From: Mobula hypostoma
Taxonomy: Eukaryota
Assembly: GCF_963921235.1 (NCBI RefSeq)
Contig: NC_086107.1
Span: 95,544,001-95,608,000 of the forward strand
Direction: 5' to 3'
Length of the DNA: 64,000 nt
This document shows, piece after piece, positions 63,473 to 64,000 of this stretch (the stretch's first letter is position 1; every line of letters begins with the position of its first letter). Under the pieces are notes generated by a model. The model saw only the letters and a program-made list of their open reading frames with translations, searched no databases and was not told where the DNA came from. The translations under genes and the position numbers were made by a program.

Positions 63473-64000
63473 ATATACATAAAACAATGTTTAAATGGGC
63501 ATAATGGATAGGAGTAGCTATTATGGAACAATGTTGAGTTATGAGGCCAGGGATCATAAATATAATTTTGACCAATCATATTGAAGAAATAACAAATGAT
63601 TTCATAGTCTGAATGGTAAGTGACTTGTAGGCCTGTTGCTTAAAATCGGTTTATTATAGTTGCATGTATTGAGGTTTATTTAAAAAAAAAAGTAATTTTC
63701 TTTTTCATGCCAACCATGCAGATCATTTCACTGCATCAGTATGTCGAGGTAGTACAAGCGAAAACAATGACAGAAAATAGGATATAGTTCTACAGTTGCA
63801 GCAAAAGTGTAGGCAGACAATAAAGTTGCATGCGATTTTGAGGTTAAGAGTCCACCTTTATCATACAAGAGGTTTGCTCACTGGTCTTGTTAGAGTGGGA
63901 TAGAAGCAATCTTTGGGCCTGGTGGTGTGTGATTTCAGGCTTTTACGTCTTCTGCCTGATGGCAGGGGTTGTTGGAAGAAGAGAAAATGCCTGAGGTGGG

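Overview
Repeat-dense vertebrate genomic DNA, probably from a cartilaginous fish (inferred from V-SINEs of the HE1 type together with CR1, Rex1/Babar and Penelope families). The window lies inside an unidentified + strand host gene: six short GT-AG exons (5093-5189, 11456/11459-11602, 19839-19999, 29000-29111, 32830-32980, 62811-62872) join in perfectly matching phases into one open frame of about 240 aa. The introns are filled with transposable elements: a complete but decayed Ty3/Gypsy provirus, an internally deleted BEL/Pao provirus, an intact full-length CR1 LINE plus truncated and nested CR1s, Penelope-like elements, Rex1/Babar LINEs, V-SINEs, and Tigger, hAT-Charlie and Harbinger DNA transposon derivatives. 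Three RNA-level mechanisms stand out. (1) The BEL/Pao element has no tRNA primer site; its primer-binding position is complementary to its own LTR with self-priming geometry. (2) The intact CR1 has a U_UUA_AAC slippery heptamer in the short ORF1/ORF2 overlap and an AUG-less ORF2 in the -1 frame. (3) Penelope terminal repeats carry minimal hammerhead ribozyme motifs, including small TSD-flanked fold-back elements with two back-to-back hammerheads. All calls are by eye; no database searches were run, and the boundaries of degenerate repeats are approximate.
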